Below, one piece after another: positions 39,310 through 47,999 of a DNA stretch of 50,191 nt. How positions within the stretch are numbered: position 1 is the first letter of the stretch; each line of letters starts with the position of its first letter. Below the pieces are notes generated by a model. The model worked only from the letters and a program-made list of their open reading frames with translations, had not been told where the DNA came from and searched no databases. The stretch is from assembly GCA_026389535.1 (NCBI GenBank), contig JAPLHR010000079.1, positions 1 to 50,191 of the forward strand, read 5' to 3'. The translations under genes were made by a program, and so were the position numbers. This DNA comes from Chloroflexota bacterium. Its GTDB lineage: Bacteria > Chloroflexota > Limnocylindria > Limnocylindrales > Limnocylindraceae.

Positions 39310-40359
39310 GTGAGCGAGCAGCAGCAAGGGGCGGCGGGAGATCTCCTGAGCCTGAACCTCGACGAACTGGTTGCGGCAACCGATCGCACCATCCTTGATC
39401 TGCTCGCCGAATGGGAGGAGCCGATTACGGCCCCCATGTACGAGCAGATTCGCTACCACCTCGGGTACAACGATCCCGCAGCGCGGCCCGGAAAGCGCAT
39501 GCGCCCCCTCCTCGGCCTCCTCGCCTATGCCTCGATCTCGCCAGACTGGGATCGCGCACTCCCCGGTGCTGCGGCAGTAGAGCTCGGACACAACTTCTCA
39601 CTCGTCCACGACGACATTGAGGACGGTGATGCCGAGCGACGCGGCCGGCCGACACTCTGGGTTCGAGATGGTATTCCCCAGGCCATCAACACCGGCGATG
39701 CACTCTTCACGATCAGCCGCGTGGCGCTGCACCACCTCACCACCCTCGGCTTCTCTGATGCCAAGGTGATTCGCCTGATGAAGCTCTACGACGAGACGTG
39801 CCTGCGCCTCTGCGAAGGGCAATTCATCGACATCGCCGCAAGCGCACGCACAGAGATGCAGAGCGTTGAACACTACTTTGAGATGATCGGTCGTAAGACC
39901 GCCGCCCTCATCTCGGGCTCCGTAGAATCCGGCGCGATCCTTGCCAGTGACGACGAGGAGGTCATCCGCCACTTCCGAAACTTCGGCTGGGCCCTCGGGC
40001 TCGCCTTCCAGATCAACGACGACCTCCTCGGCATCTGGGGCGACGAGGCGGCTACAGGGAAGGAGGCCTCTGATCTGGCCCGTCACAAGAAGACGCTCCC
40101 CGTCCTTCATGCCATGGAGCAGGCGAGCCCCGCCGACCGCGCGGTGCTGACAAACCTCTACGCCGAAACGAACCCAGGCGCCGACTCAGTCGCCGCAGGA
40201 TTGCAGGTACTTGAGCGTACCGGGTCACGTGAGTACACACGCATGAAGGCACAGGAGTGGCGCGCTAAGGCGATCAGTGAGATTCGCACTCTCTCGCAGC
40301 TCAACCCACGCGCCGTGGCGAAACTCGAAGAGATTATTGACCGGGTGATCTCCGCCTAA
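39310..40359 (+). CDS. Polyprenyl diphosphate synthase (likely short-chain, GGPP-type)
   Basis: GKRMRP, FARM HNFSLVHDDIEDGD..RRGRPT (Phe at -5), GQ..D, KTA, FQINDDLLG. Confidence 0.9.
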   Translation: MSEQQQGAAGDLLSLNLDELVAATDRTILDLLAEWEEPITAPMYEQIRYHLGYNDPAARPGKRMRPLLGLLAYASISPDWDRALPGAAAVELGHNFSLVHDDIEDGDAERRGRPTLWVRDGIPQAINTGDALFTISRVALHHLTTLGFSDAKVIRLMKLYDETCLRLCEGQFIDIAASARTEMQSVEHYFEMIGRKTAALISGSVESGAILASDDEEVIRHFRNFGWALGLAFQINDDLLGIWGDEAATGKEASDLARHKKTLPVLHAMEQASPADRAVLTNLYAETNPGADSVAAGLQVLERTGSREYTRMKAQEWRAKAISEIRTLSQLNPRAVAKLEEIIDRVISA

Positions 40360-41672
40360 TCAGCAACCGGCTTCGTGACCCCCGAATCCCAGGTCACGCG
40401 CACCTTGCCGACGCGGCGCCCTATCACCTTGACCACCGTGATTTTGAATGGGTCCACCGCCACCGTGTCGCCCACAACGGGGACGCGGCCGATACGGTGA
40501 TACACGAATCCGCCCACGGTGTCGTACTCCTCATCATCCTCAAGCTCTAGCGGAGGGTCGACAAGTTCGCCCATCTCATCAATATCGGCTCGGCCGTCAA
40601 GGATCGCCTCGCCCTCGCGAACCATCACCTTCATCGGCTCCTCTTCGTCAAACTCGTCCTGAATCTCACCGACGATCTCTTCGAGCAGGTCTTCAATGGT
40701 CACGAGGCCCGCAGTACCGCCGTATTCGTCAAGCACGATCGCCATGTGCACGCGGCGACGCTGTAGTTCGTTGAGCAAGTCATCGACCGCCTGTGACTCA
40801 GGAACAAAGAGTGCCGGACGCATGATGTCGCGCAGCCGTGGACGCGGCCCGCCCGCAGCAATGATGCGCAGCAGGTCCTTCGCGTAGAGGATGCCAACGA
40901 TATGGTCGACCGACTCCTTGTAGAGCGGCGTACGACTGTGTCCCTCGGTGAGCACTAGCGTGACGGCGTCATCAAAGCTCGCCTCTTGGTCGATCGCCGC
41001 GATATCAATGCGCGGCACCATCACCTCATGCAACTTGGAGTCGCTGAGCGACATTACCGCGCTGATCATCTGCTCCTCTTCGGCCTCAAGTACGCCCTGC
41101 TGGCTCCCCTGCTCCACGATCAGGCGGATCTCGGCTGCGGAGAGCTCTGGGGTACGAGTTGGGTCAATGCCGAATGGTTTCGAGATGATCTTGGTGAGGA
41201 GCACGAGCACCGCCACCAGTGGGCTCACAATCTTGGCGAAGAGGGTGATCGGCCCAGAGACTGCGAGGGCAATGCGGTCTGGATTGGCGAGGGCAAACCC
41301 CTTCGGTATCAACTCCCCAAGCACGATGGAGACCACAGAGACGATGAAGGTGACGAGGAGCAGCGCAATCGTGTCGGCATAGTCGGCAAGGGGCGCGATC
41401 CCACGCAGCGGCTCCGCAACTACGGTCACGATGCTGACGGCAGCAACGGCGGAGGCGAGTGCCCCGAGGAAGGTGATCGCAACCTGGATCACGGCGAGGA
41501 AGCGCCCTGGATCGCGCATCAGCTTCTGGGCGCGCTTCGCACGGCGATCGCCCGCCTCGGCGAGCTCATCGAGGCGCGTACGGCGAACAGAGACAAAGGC
41601 GATCTCGGCACCAACGAAGAAGCCGTTGATCAGGATCAGTAGAAGAATGATCAGGATGTCGGTGCCGAGCAT
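40356..41672 (-). CDS. Hemolysin-family CNNM/CBS/CorC domain protein
   Basis: [59 protein letters not shown]. Confidence 0.92.
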   Translation of the reverse strand: MLGTDILIILLLILINGFFVGAEIAFVSVRRTRLDELAEAGDRRAKRAQKLMRDPGRFLAVIQVAITFLGALASAVAAVSIVTVVAEPLRGIAPLADYADTIALLLVTFIVSVVSIVLGELIPKGFALANPDRIALAVSGPITLFAKIVSPLVAVLVLLTKIISKPFGIDPTRTPELSAAEIRLIVEQGSQQGVLEAEEEQMISAVMSLSDSKLHEVMVPRIDIAAIDQEASFDDAVTLVLTEGHSRTPLYKESVDHIVGILYAKDLLRIIAAGGPRPRLRDIMRPALFVPESQAVDDLLNELQRRRVHMAIVLDEYGGTAGLVTIEDLLEEIVGEIQDEFDEEEPMKVMVREGEAILDGRADIDEMGELVDPPLELEDDEEYDTVGGFVYHRIGRVPVVGDTVAVDPFKITVVKVIGRRVGKVRVTWDSGVTKPVAD

Positions 41673-41674
41673 CG

Positions 41675-43048
41675 TTAAGCCTCCCGAATGATGCGAGCCG
41701 GAACACCGACCGCCGTACAGCCATCAGGGATATCCGCAAGCACCACCGTGCCAGCCCCTGTCTTGGCTCCGATACCGATGCCCGCCGGGGCAACAATCAA
41801 AGTTCCCACACCTGTGAAGGCGTCTGCGCCAATCAGCGTCTTGACCTTCTCTACCCCATTGTAGTTCGCCGTGATGGTGCCCGCGCCGATGTTCGCACGC
41901 TCCCCCACTTCGGCATCGCCGAGATAGGAGTGATGGCCGACCTTCGCGCCAGCGGCGAGACTCGTTGCTTTCATTTCAGCAAAGTTTCCAACGTGGCAGT
42001 TTGCCGCAATGGTGCACCCTGGTCGAATATGCGCAAACGGCCCAACATCAACGTGCGACGCGATGGTTGAGCCCTCAATCGCTGAGGAGCGAACTGTGCA
42101 GTCCTCGCCGATGGATGTCGCCTCAATCCGTGAACCGCTACCGACTCGAGTCCTCGCGCCAATACTCGTGGCGCCAACAAGCGTGACGCCAGGTTCAATC
42201 ACCGCATCAGGAGCGATCTCAACCTGCACGTCAATCCACGCGGTCGTTGGGTCAATCAACGCCACGCCACGATCTAGATGCCCCTCGTTGATGCGCTCGC
42301 GGAGTGCGGCTGCGACATCGGCGAACTGGTGTCGGTCGTTCACCCCCTCAAGCTCAATCTCCGGGCCATAGACGATTGGCGCAGGGGTACCTGCGTCGTG
42401 TGCCGCGGCGACTAGATCGGTGAGATAGAGCTCGCCACTCGCCTTCGACGGGGTGATGGCGCCGAGTGCCTCGGTGAGCCACGCTCGGTCAACGGCGTAG
42501 AGCCCAGCGTTAACGGTGCCGATGGCGCGCTGCTCTTCGCTGGCATCACGCTCCTCGATCACGCACCCCGCTGTGCCGTCGCTTGATTCAATCACCCGTC
42601 CGTAGCCCGTAGGGTCATCGGCATCAAAGGCGGCCAACGCGAGCGGCGCGTTCGTCTCGCGACGTGCCGCAACAACCTCGCGCATCAGCGCGGCGGTGAT
42701 GAGTGGCGTATCGCCGCAGGCGATGAGCAGCTCCTTTGCAGAGGCTGGTAGCGCGGCAAGCGCGCAGCGAACAGCATCGGCGGTGCCGAGCGGCTTTGGC
42801 TGCTCAGCAATTGAGACGCTTCCACCCAGCAGTTCGGCGAGCCCGGCGGTCGCGGGCGAGAGGACAACGACAGACTTCTCAGAGAACGCCTCAGTGGCAG
42901 CCGCCACGACCCAGCCAGCCATTGGGCGGCCGAGCAGTTGGTGCAGCACCTTGGGAACCTGGGACTGCATCCGCGATCCCACTCCAGCGGCAAGGATGAT
43001 GGCCGTCACGCCCTCAAGGCGCTCCGGCCCGCGACTTGACGGGCTCAT
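41675..43048 (-). CDS. glmU: Bifunctional UDP-GlcNAc pyrophosphorylase / GlcN-1-P acetyltransferase
   Basis: LAAGVGSRMQSQVPKVLH, LGTADA, GDTP, GYGR, ELYLTD, GVN, VGPFAHIRP, HSYLGD, hexapeptide repeats. Confidence 0.95.
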   Translation of the reverse strand: MSPSSRGPERLEGVTAIILAAGVGSRMQSQVPKVLHQLLGRPMAGWVVAAATEAFSEKSVVVLSPATAGLAELLGGSVSIAEQPKPLGTADAVRCALAALPASAKELLIACGDTPLITAALMREVVAARRETNAPLALAAFDADDPTGYGRVIESSDGTAGCVIEERDASEEQRAIGTVNAGLYAVDRAWLTEALGAITPSKASGELYLTDLVAAAHDAGTPAPIVYGPEIELEGVNDRHQFADVAAALRERINEGHLDRGVALIDPTTAWIDVQVEIAPDAVIEPGVTLVGATSIGARTRVGSGSRIEATSIGEDCTVRSSAIEGSTIASHVDVGPFAHIRPGCTIAANCHVGNFAEMKATSLAAGAKVGHHSYLGDAEVGERANIGAGTITANYNGVEKVKTLIGADAFTGVGTLIVAPAGIGIGAKTGAGTVVLADIPDGCTAVGVPARIIREA

Positions 43049-43434
43049 CCTGCGGCGCCGCCTCGCTTGGCGATCGCTTCGATCTCTACCAAGCCACCCT
43101 TCGGCAACGCTGCAACCTGAATGGTTGAGCGTGCTGGGTACGGCTGGGTGAAGGCCCGACCGTAGATCTCGTTGACGGTGGCAAAGTCGGCGAGGTCAAC
43201 AAGGAAGATGGTCGTCTTAACGATGTCGTTGTAGCCATAGCCAGCAGCGGCCAACAGGGCACCGAGGTTCGTCACCGCCTGCTCTGCCTGTGCAGCAACG
43301 CCATCAGCGAGTGCGCCAGTTTCAGGATGGAGTCCGAGCTGCCCAGAGCAGTAGAGCTCGTCGCCCATGGCAGCAGCCGGGCTGTACGGTCCGATGGCGG
43401 CAGGAATACCCGCCCCAGTAATCGAACGCTTCAC
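43045..43434 (-). CDS. ridA: RidA/YjgF enamine deaminase
   Basis: PAAIGPYS, SGQ, IVKTTIFL, FATVNEIY, PARSTIQVAALPKG..VEIEAIA. Start placed at GTG 43434 (GTGA overlap). Confidence 0.92.
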   Translation of the reverse strand: MKRSITGAGIPAAIGPYSPAAAMGDELYCSGQLGLHPETGALADGVAAQAEQAVTNLGALLAAAGYGYNDIVKTTIFLVDLADFATVNEIYGRAFTQPYPARSTIQVAALPKGGLVEIEAIAKRGGAAG

Positions 43435-45347
43435 GCTGCTCCCCTTTCGCCAGAACCTGGCCCGATTAGCCTCGTTGCGATCACGGAGGGCGTGAGGCCT
43501 TCCGGCGCCACGAGCTCCCCGCTCGCGAGGGCGTTGGCGATCAGGGTTGCCCCCTCCTCTGCCTCTCGCTGGGAAGGATAGAGGAGGAAGAGGGTTGGCC
43601 CCGAACCTGAGAGCGAGAGTGGGCGATCGAGGAGGCGACGAAGGGCGTGATCGAAGGGGCGGAGCCACGGCGCCACAGCCCGGGCGGGGGCCAGAAGGTC
43701 ATTTGCCGAGGCCAGGGCGGCAGCCCGCTGCAGGAGCCCCTCCCCGCTCATGCCGACCGTGAGTTCCGCCGCAAGGTGCTGGGAGCTGACCAGGGCCGCC
43801 CCCTGCGCCGAGCCGCGGAGCCCCGCGGCAAATGCGGCAAACACCTCTGGGGTGCGCAGCGGCAGGCCGGCGGTAATCAGGAGGAGCCCCAGGGGCTCGC
43901 CCTTCCAGGGGGCGAGCGGGGTCACCGACTCCCCACGCCCCTCCATCAGCGCTGGCGAGCCGACGAGGAAGAGTGGGACGTCGGAGCCCACTTCGGCTGC
44001 GACCGCGTTCAAGGTTTCGTCATCAATGTCCAGATCGAAGAGCTCGATGACACCGAGTAGCGTTGCCGCGGCATCGCTTGAGCCGCCCCCTAGGCCAGCG
44101 GCAACGGGGAGGCGCTTCTCCAACACGATCTCCACTGGCGGAACCTCACAGGCTCGACGCAGCGCCGCGAGCGCCACGGCGCAGAGGTTCTCCCCATCGA
44201 GATTCAGCGGCACACCAGCGAGCCGAATCGAATCCACCCCGTCAGTTGATCGACGCAGATAGAGGCGGTCGCCTGCTTCGAACTGCGCCACCACGGAGTG
44301 GAGCTCGTGGTACCCATCTGAGCGCTTGCCGACGATGGCGAGCGTCAGATTGATCTTGCCGTGTGCGACGATCTCAACCGTTGGATCTGGTGCTGGCTGC
44401 GAGCGTGTCGCGTTCCGCTCGCGCACCTCCGATCCTCCGCTGGTGCTTCGCCGAGCGACTGCGGCACGAGCGGCGTTCGTCGGCACACCCGCATCAAGTT
44501 CAGGAAGTTCGGACAAGAGGGCGATCCAGTCTTTCACCGAGAGCGTCTGCGCGCGCTGATCGGGACTGAGGTTGGCGCGCCCAAGCGCCGCGATAATGTC
44601 GCTCTCAAGGATTGGCAGTGCGCGAGGGAGTGCATTGCGCAACTTCTTCCGTCGCTCACGGAATCCCGCCTGCACAAGTCGCCAGAGGCGCTCCTCATCG
44701 TGTGGGCTTAGAGTGAACGCATCGTCACCCGTTCGATGCTCGAGCAGCAAGATCGCAGAGTCCACGCCAGGCACTGGGTCAAATGCCTCGCGGGGAACCC
44801 GCACAACGACGGAGGCCGCCGTTCTCGCCTGCACAAATGCGGTGAGGTACGACCAGTCACCGGGTGCGGCTGCGACGCGCTCCGCCACCTCCAACTGCAC
44901 TAGCAAGACGATGCGTGCAGGGGGCGCTGCCAGCAGCAGGAGCCGATGCAGCAGTGGACTCGTGACGTGATACGGAATGTTGGCAATGACGCGCCAGCTC
45001 CCACTGGTTGGCGCGAGTGACTCGAGATCAACGGTAAGCGCATCGCCGTGAATAAGGGTCAGCTGCCCCGCACTGATCTGTGCCGCAAACTTATGCTGCA
45101 GGCGAGGGATCAGATCGCTATCAAGCTCAACAGCGATCACGTTGGCGCCACTAGCAAGGAGTGCCTCGGTCAAGAATCCGAGCCCTGGGCCAATCTCCAA
45201 GACGAGCTCCCCAGGAGTCGGCACACCAGCCTGCACGATGCGATCTCGAACGTTCAAATCGTGCAAGAAGTTCTGGCTGAGGCGCTTCTTTGCCGCATGG
45301 CCATCAACACGCCCACGGCTCGGTGCCTGGCGATACTTCGGGCTCAT
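43431..45347 (-). CDS. rsmA-ispE: Fused 16S rRNA dimethyltransferase RsmA(KsgA) / CDP-ME kinase IspE
   Basis: N-half: KKRLSQNFL, LEIGPGLG, VELD, ANIPY, F.P.P.VDS, RRKKLRNAL. C-half: KINLTL, GYHEL, KRLPVAAGLGGGSSDAA, GSDVP, NDL, LSGSGPT. No stop between them. Start placed at ATG 45347 (ATGA overlap). Confidence 0.92.
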   Translation of the reverse strand: MSPKYRQAPSRGRVDGHAAKKRLSQNFLHDLNVRDRIVQAGVPTPGELVLEIGPGLGFLTEALLASGANVIAVELDSDLIPRLQHKFAAQISAGQLTLIHGDALTVDLESLAPTSGSWRVIANIPYHVTSPLLHRLLLLAAPPARIVLLVQLEVAERVAAAPGDWSYLTAFVQARTAASVVVRVPREAFDPVPGVDSAILLLEHRTGDDAFTLSPHDEERLWRLVQAGFRERRKKLRNALPRALPILESDIIAALGRANLSPDQRAQTLSVKDWIALLSELPELDAGVPTNAARAAVARRSTSGGSEVRERNATRSQPAPDPTVEIVAHGKINLTLAIVGKRSDGYHELHSVVAQFEAGDRLYLRRSTDGVDSIRLAGVPLNLDGENLCAVALAALRRACEVPPVEIVLEKRLPVAAGLGGGSSDAAATLLGVIELFDLDIDDETLNAVAAEVGSDVPLFLVGSPALMEGRGESVTPLAPWKGEPLGLLLITAGLPLRTPEVFAAFAAGLRGSAQGAALVSSQHLAAELTVGMSGEGLLQRAAALASANDLLAPARAVAPWLRPFDHALRRLLDRPLSLSGSGPTLFLLYPSQREAEEGATLIANALASGELVAPEGLTPSVIATRLIGPGSGERGAA

Positions 45348-46462
45348 GCGGGTACCGCCGATCCGATGCGCCACTGCGCATGAACCTCGAGGCCGGCGCT
45401 GGGTTCCTGGTAGGAGCCTCGTTCGTCACGTAGCAGGGCGTCACCTGCGGCGCCGATCATCGCCGCGTTATCGGTGCACCACTTCATTGGGGGCACGACG
45501 AGTACGCGGTGCTCCTCGGTCGCAACACTTGCAAGTGCCGAGCGCAGCGGTCCATTCGCCGCCACACCACCACCAACGATGAGCGAGCAGTCTGGGTTGG
45601 CACGAAGGGCACGCTGCACACCGGCGCGCAGTGCACCGACGATGGCCTGCTCCGTTGCGGCAGCGATCGCAATCGCTCCCTCTTCTGGAAGTGGATACTC
45701 GGCGAACTGGCGTGTGAGCGTGGCGGCACGGCCGGGGCTACGGTCGTTGAGCCCACTGGCGACGAGCGCCTGCCGAATCGCCGCGGTCTTCACCCCGCTG
45801 AACGAGAAGTCGTAGGGCTGCTCGGTCTTCGCAATCGGCAGCGGCGTGATTCGGGCACCGCGTGGCGCCTTCGCGGCGAGCGCTGAGAGCGCAGCCCCTC
45901 CTGGATATGGAGCGCCAAGGAGGCGTGCGATCTTGTCGAAGGCCTCGCCCGCCGCGTCGTCAATCGTGCCGCCGAGGCGCTGCACGGTCCCGTCACGCTC
46001 GATCCGCACCAGCAACGTGTGCCCGCCAGAGACCACGAGCCCGATCGCGGGGAGCGTCGGCGCGTCGACGTCTGCCGCCTCGCGTAGCCATGCGGCGCGC
46101 AGGTGCCCCTCAAGATGATTTACCGGCAGCACGGGGAGGCCGCGCGCCCACGCCCAGGCGCTGCCAATGCCGGCGCCCACGAGGAGTGAGCCAACGAGGC
46201 CGGGGCCGGTCGTCAGTGCCACCCCCTCAATCGTGCTGGCAATCCCGAGCCCCTCAGCCTCCTGCAGCACCTCGTTGAGGAGACGGGGCAGCCACTCATG
46301 GTGGGCGCGCGCTGCGACCTCTGGAATCACACCGCCAAACGGTGCATGGATCGCCGTCTGGCTTGCCACACGCTCAGCGATCACCTCACGACCGCCGCGA
46401 ATAAGGGCAACGGCACTCTCGTCGCAGCTCGATTCAATCGCCAGCAGTAGCCGCTCACTCAT
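45344..46462 (-). CDS. tsaD: tRNA t6A threonylcarbamoyltransferase
   Basis: AIESSCDE, GGVIPEVAARAH, GPGLVGSL, NHLEGH, VSGGHT, DDAAGEAFDK, FSFSG.KT, GGVAAN, CTDNAAMIG. Start placed at ATG 46462. Confidence 0.95.
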   Translation of the reverse strand: MSERLLLAIESSCDESAVALIRGGREVIAERVASQTAIHAPFGGVIPEVAARAHHEWLPRLLNEVLQEAEGLGIASTIEGVALTTGPGLVGSLLVGAGIGSAWAWARGLPVLPVNHLEGHLRAAWLREAADVDAPTLPAIGLVVSGGHTLLVRIERDGTVQRLGGTIDDAAGEAFDKIARLLGAPYPGGAALSALAAKAPRGARITPLPIAKTEQPYDFSFSGVKTAAIRQALVASGLNDRSPGRAATLTRQFAEYPLPEEGAIAIAAATEQAIVGALRAGVQRALRANPDCSLIVGGGVAANGPLRSALASVATEEHRVLVVPPMKWCTDNAAMIGAAGDALLRDERGSYQEPSAGLEVHAQWRIGSAVPA

Positions 46463-46976
46463 GGCCGAAGCGCTCCTGAACGCGGGCGCGCAGCGCCGCT
46501 TCAATCGCCTGCTGCTCTGGGCTCTCAAGCTCGGCGGTGGTCATTATCAACGCATCTTCGCCGTTATCGTCGTAGTAGCGAATGCGGCGGCCGACTTCGA
46601 TGAAGCCGAACGCTAGATAGAGTCGTTGCGCGTCAACGTTTGATACGCGCACGTCTAGCGTTGCGACTCGGGCGCCGCCGCGCCGCGCCTCCTGCAGGAG
46701 CTCAAGGAGCAGCATCGTCGCAACTCCCGACCGTCGATTCGCGGGGAGCACCGCCATCGTGGTGACATGCGCCTCGTCAACCATCAGCCAGATGCCACCA
46801 AAGCCAATGAGCGCGCCACTCATTCGGGCGCCAACATATCGCGCTAGACGATTTGTGGTGAGCTCCGTGGTGTAGGCGCTTGTTGGCCACGGTGCCGTAA
46901 ACGAGACGTTCTCAATTACCGCAACCTCGGCAAGGTCCTTAATGGTGAGTGGTGCCAGAACGGGTGCACGCATCAT
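46455..46976 (-). CDS. rimI: Ribosomal protein alanine N-acetyltransferase
   Basis: SFTAPW, DEAHVTTMAV, RRSG, TLDVRVSN..AQRLY..FGF...GRR..YY.DNGEDALIM. Confidence 0.92.
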   Translation of the reverse strand: MMRAPVLAPLTIKDLAEVAVIENVSFTAPWPTSAYTTELTTNRLARYVGARMSGALIGFGGIWLMVDEAHVTTMAVLPANRRSGVATMLLLELLQEARRGGARVATLDVRVSNVDAQRLYLAFGFIEVGRRIRYYDDNGEDALIMTTAELESPEQQAIEAALRARVQERFGHE

Positions 46977-47506
46977 CCCACCTCGCTTCCGCGAGCAGGA
47001 GCCGGATAGCGCAGAGTGACATGCGAAGCTACGGGTCCAGCCTCACGGACGAGCGCGCACGCAGCAACTCCTCTGCTCTCCTCCTGCGTAAGGTGCGGGG
47101 AGGCGTCCTCCCGAGCCGCGACGACCGAGCCACTCTGCGATACCTCGAGCGACTCACGTGTTCCGAGCGCTATAGAGAACGATCGCTGCGCCGCCTGCCA
47201 GAGTGCGCGATCTGACGCACTCTCTCGTAGTGGGAGCGCTAGCGCGGCAGCAATGCCGGCGGCAGCCGAGGCTGCAACGCGGACGCCGCTGTAGCTTCCA
47301 GGGCCGTTCCCCACCACCACACTAGTGAGCGCGGTGCGTTCGGCCTGATTCGGAATCAGATTGGCAATGCGCTGCAGTAGTGGCTGTTCGTAGAGATAGT
47401 CTTCGGCGACGCACACGGGCACACCATCGCGCTCCTCTACGATCGCGACGATGCTGAAGCCGAGCGACCCATCAAGCACGAGGATGCGTGGGCTACTCAC
47501 GTGCAT
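46973..47506 (-). CDS. tsaB: t6A biosynthesis protein TsaB (short, divergent)
   Basis: ILVLDGS, VVVGNGPGSYSGVRV; lies between tsaE and rimI; start 47506 or 47500. Confidence 0.75.
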   Translation of the reverse strand: MHVSSPRILVLDGSLGFSIVAIVEERDGVPVCVAEDYLYEQPLLQRIANLIPNQAERTALTSVVVGNGPGSYSGVRVAASAAAGIAAALALPLRESASDRALWQAAQRSFSIALGTRESLEVSQSGSVVAAREDASPHLTQEESRGVAACALVREAGPVASHVTLRYPAPARGSEVG

Positions 47507-47999
47507 CGCCCGATGTGATGCGTTGGATGCTGTCAGACATCGAACCGAGTACCGCAAGGAGGTCTGGTCGCGCGCCGCGGATCACGGCGATGCGTGTGCC
47601 CTCGTCGGCGGCCGCCTCGAGATGAATGCTCAGCACGCCGGTGCCCGCTACCCCGAGTCCTGCAAGGTGCTCGGGCCACTCGATGAGGGTGACGCCGTGT
47701 TGCTGTCGCTCATCAATCACCCCAGCACGCAGCGCGTCACTCCCCACGGGGAGGCGATAGGCGTCAACATGCCAGATCGGCAGGTCACCGCGATGTTCAG
47801 AGATGAGGACGAACGTTGGCGAGGTGAGCTCCGGCTCTGCATGGAGTGCGGTTCCGATGGCACGAGCGAGCGTTGTCTTGCCGCTCCCTAGGTCGCCGGC
47901 AAGTAAGACCCGGTCACCCGGACGGAGTGAGACGCCAATCGCCGCGCCGAGCGAGGTCGTTGCTGCAAGGCTACCGAGCGTAATAGTGACGACGTTCAC
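47493..47999 (-). CDS. tsaE: t6A biosynthesis ATPase TsaE
   Basis: GDLGSGKTT, TSPTF, HVDAYRL, IEWPE. Confidence 0.93.
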   Translation of the reverse strand: MNVVTITLGSLAATTSLGAAIGVSLRPGDRVLLAGDLGSGKTTLARAIGTALHAEPELTSPTFVLISEHRGDLPIWHVDAYRLPVGSDALRAGVIDERQQHGVTLIEWPEHLAGLGVAGTGVLSIHLEAAADEGTRIAVIRGARPDLLAVLGSMSDSIQRITSGDARE

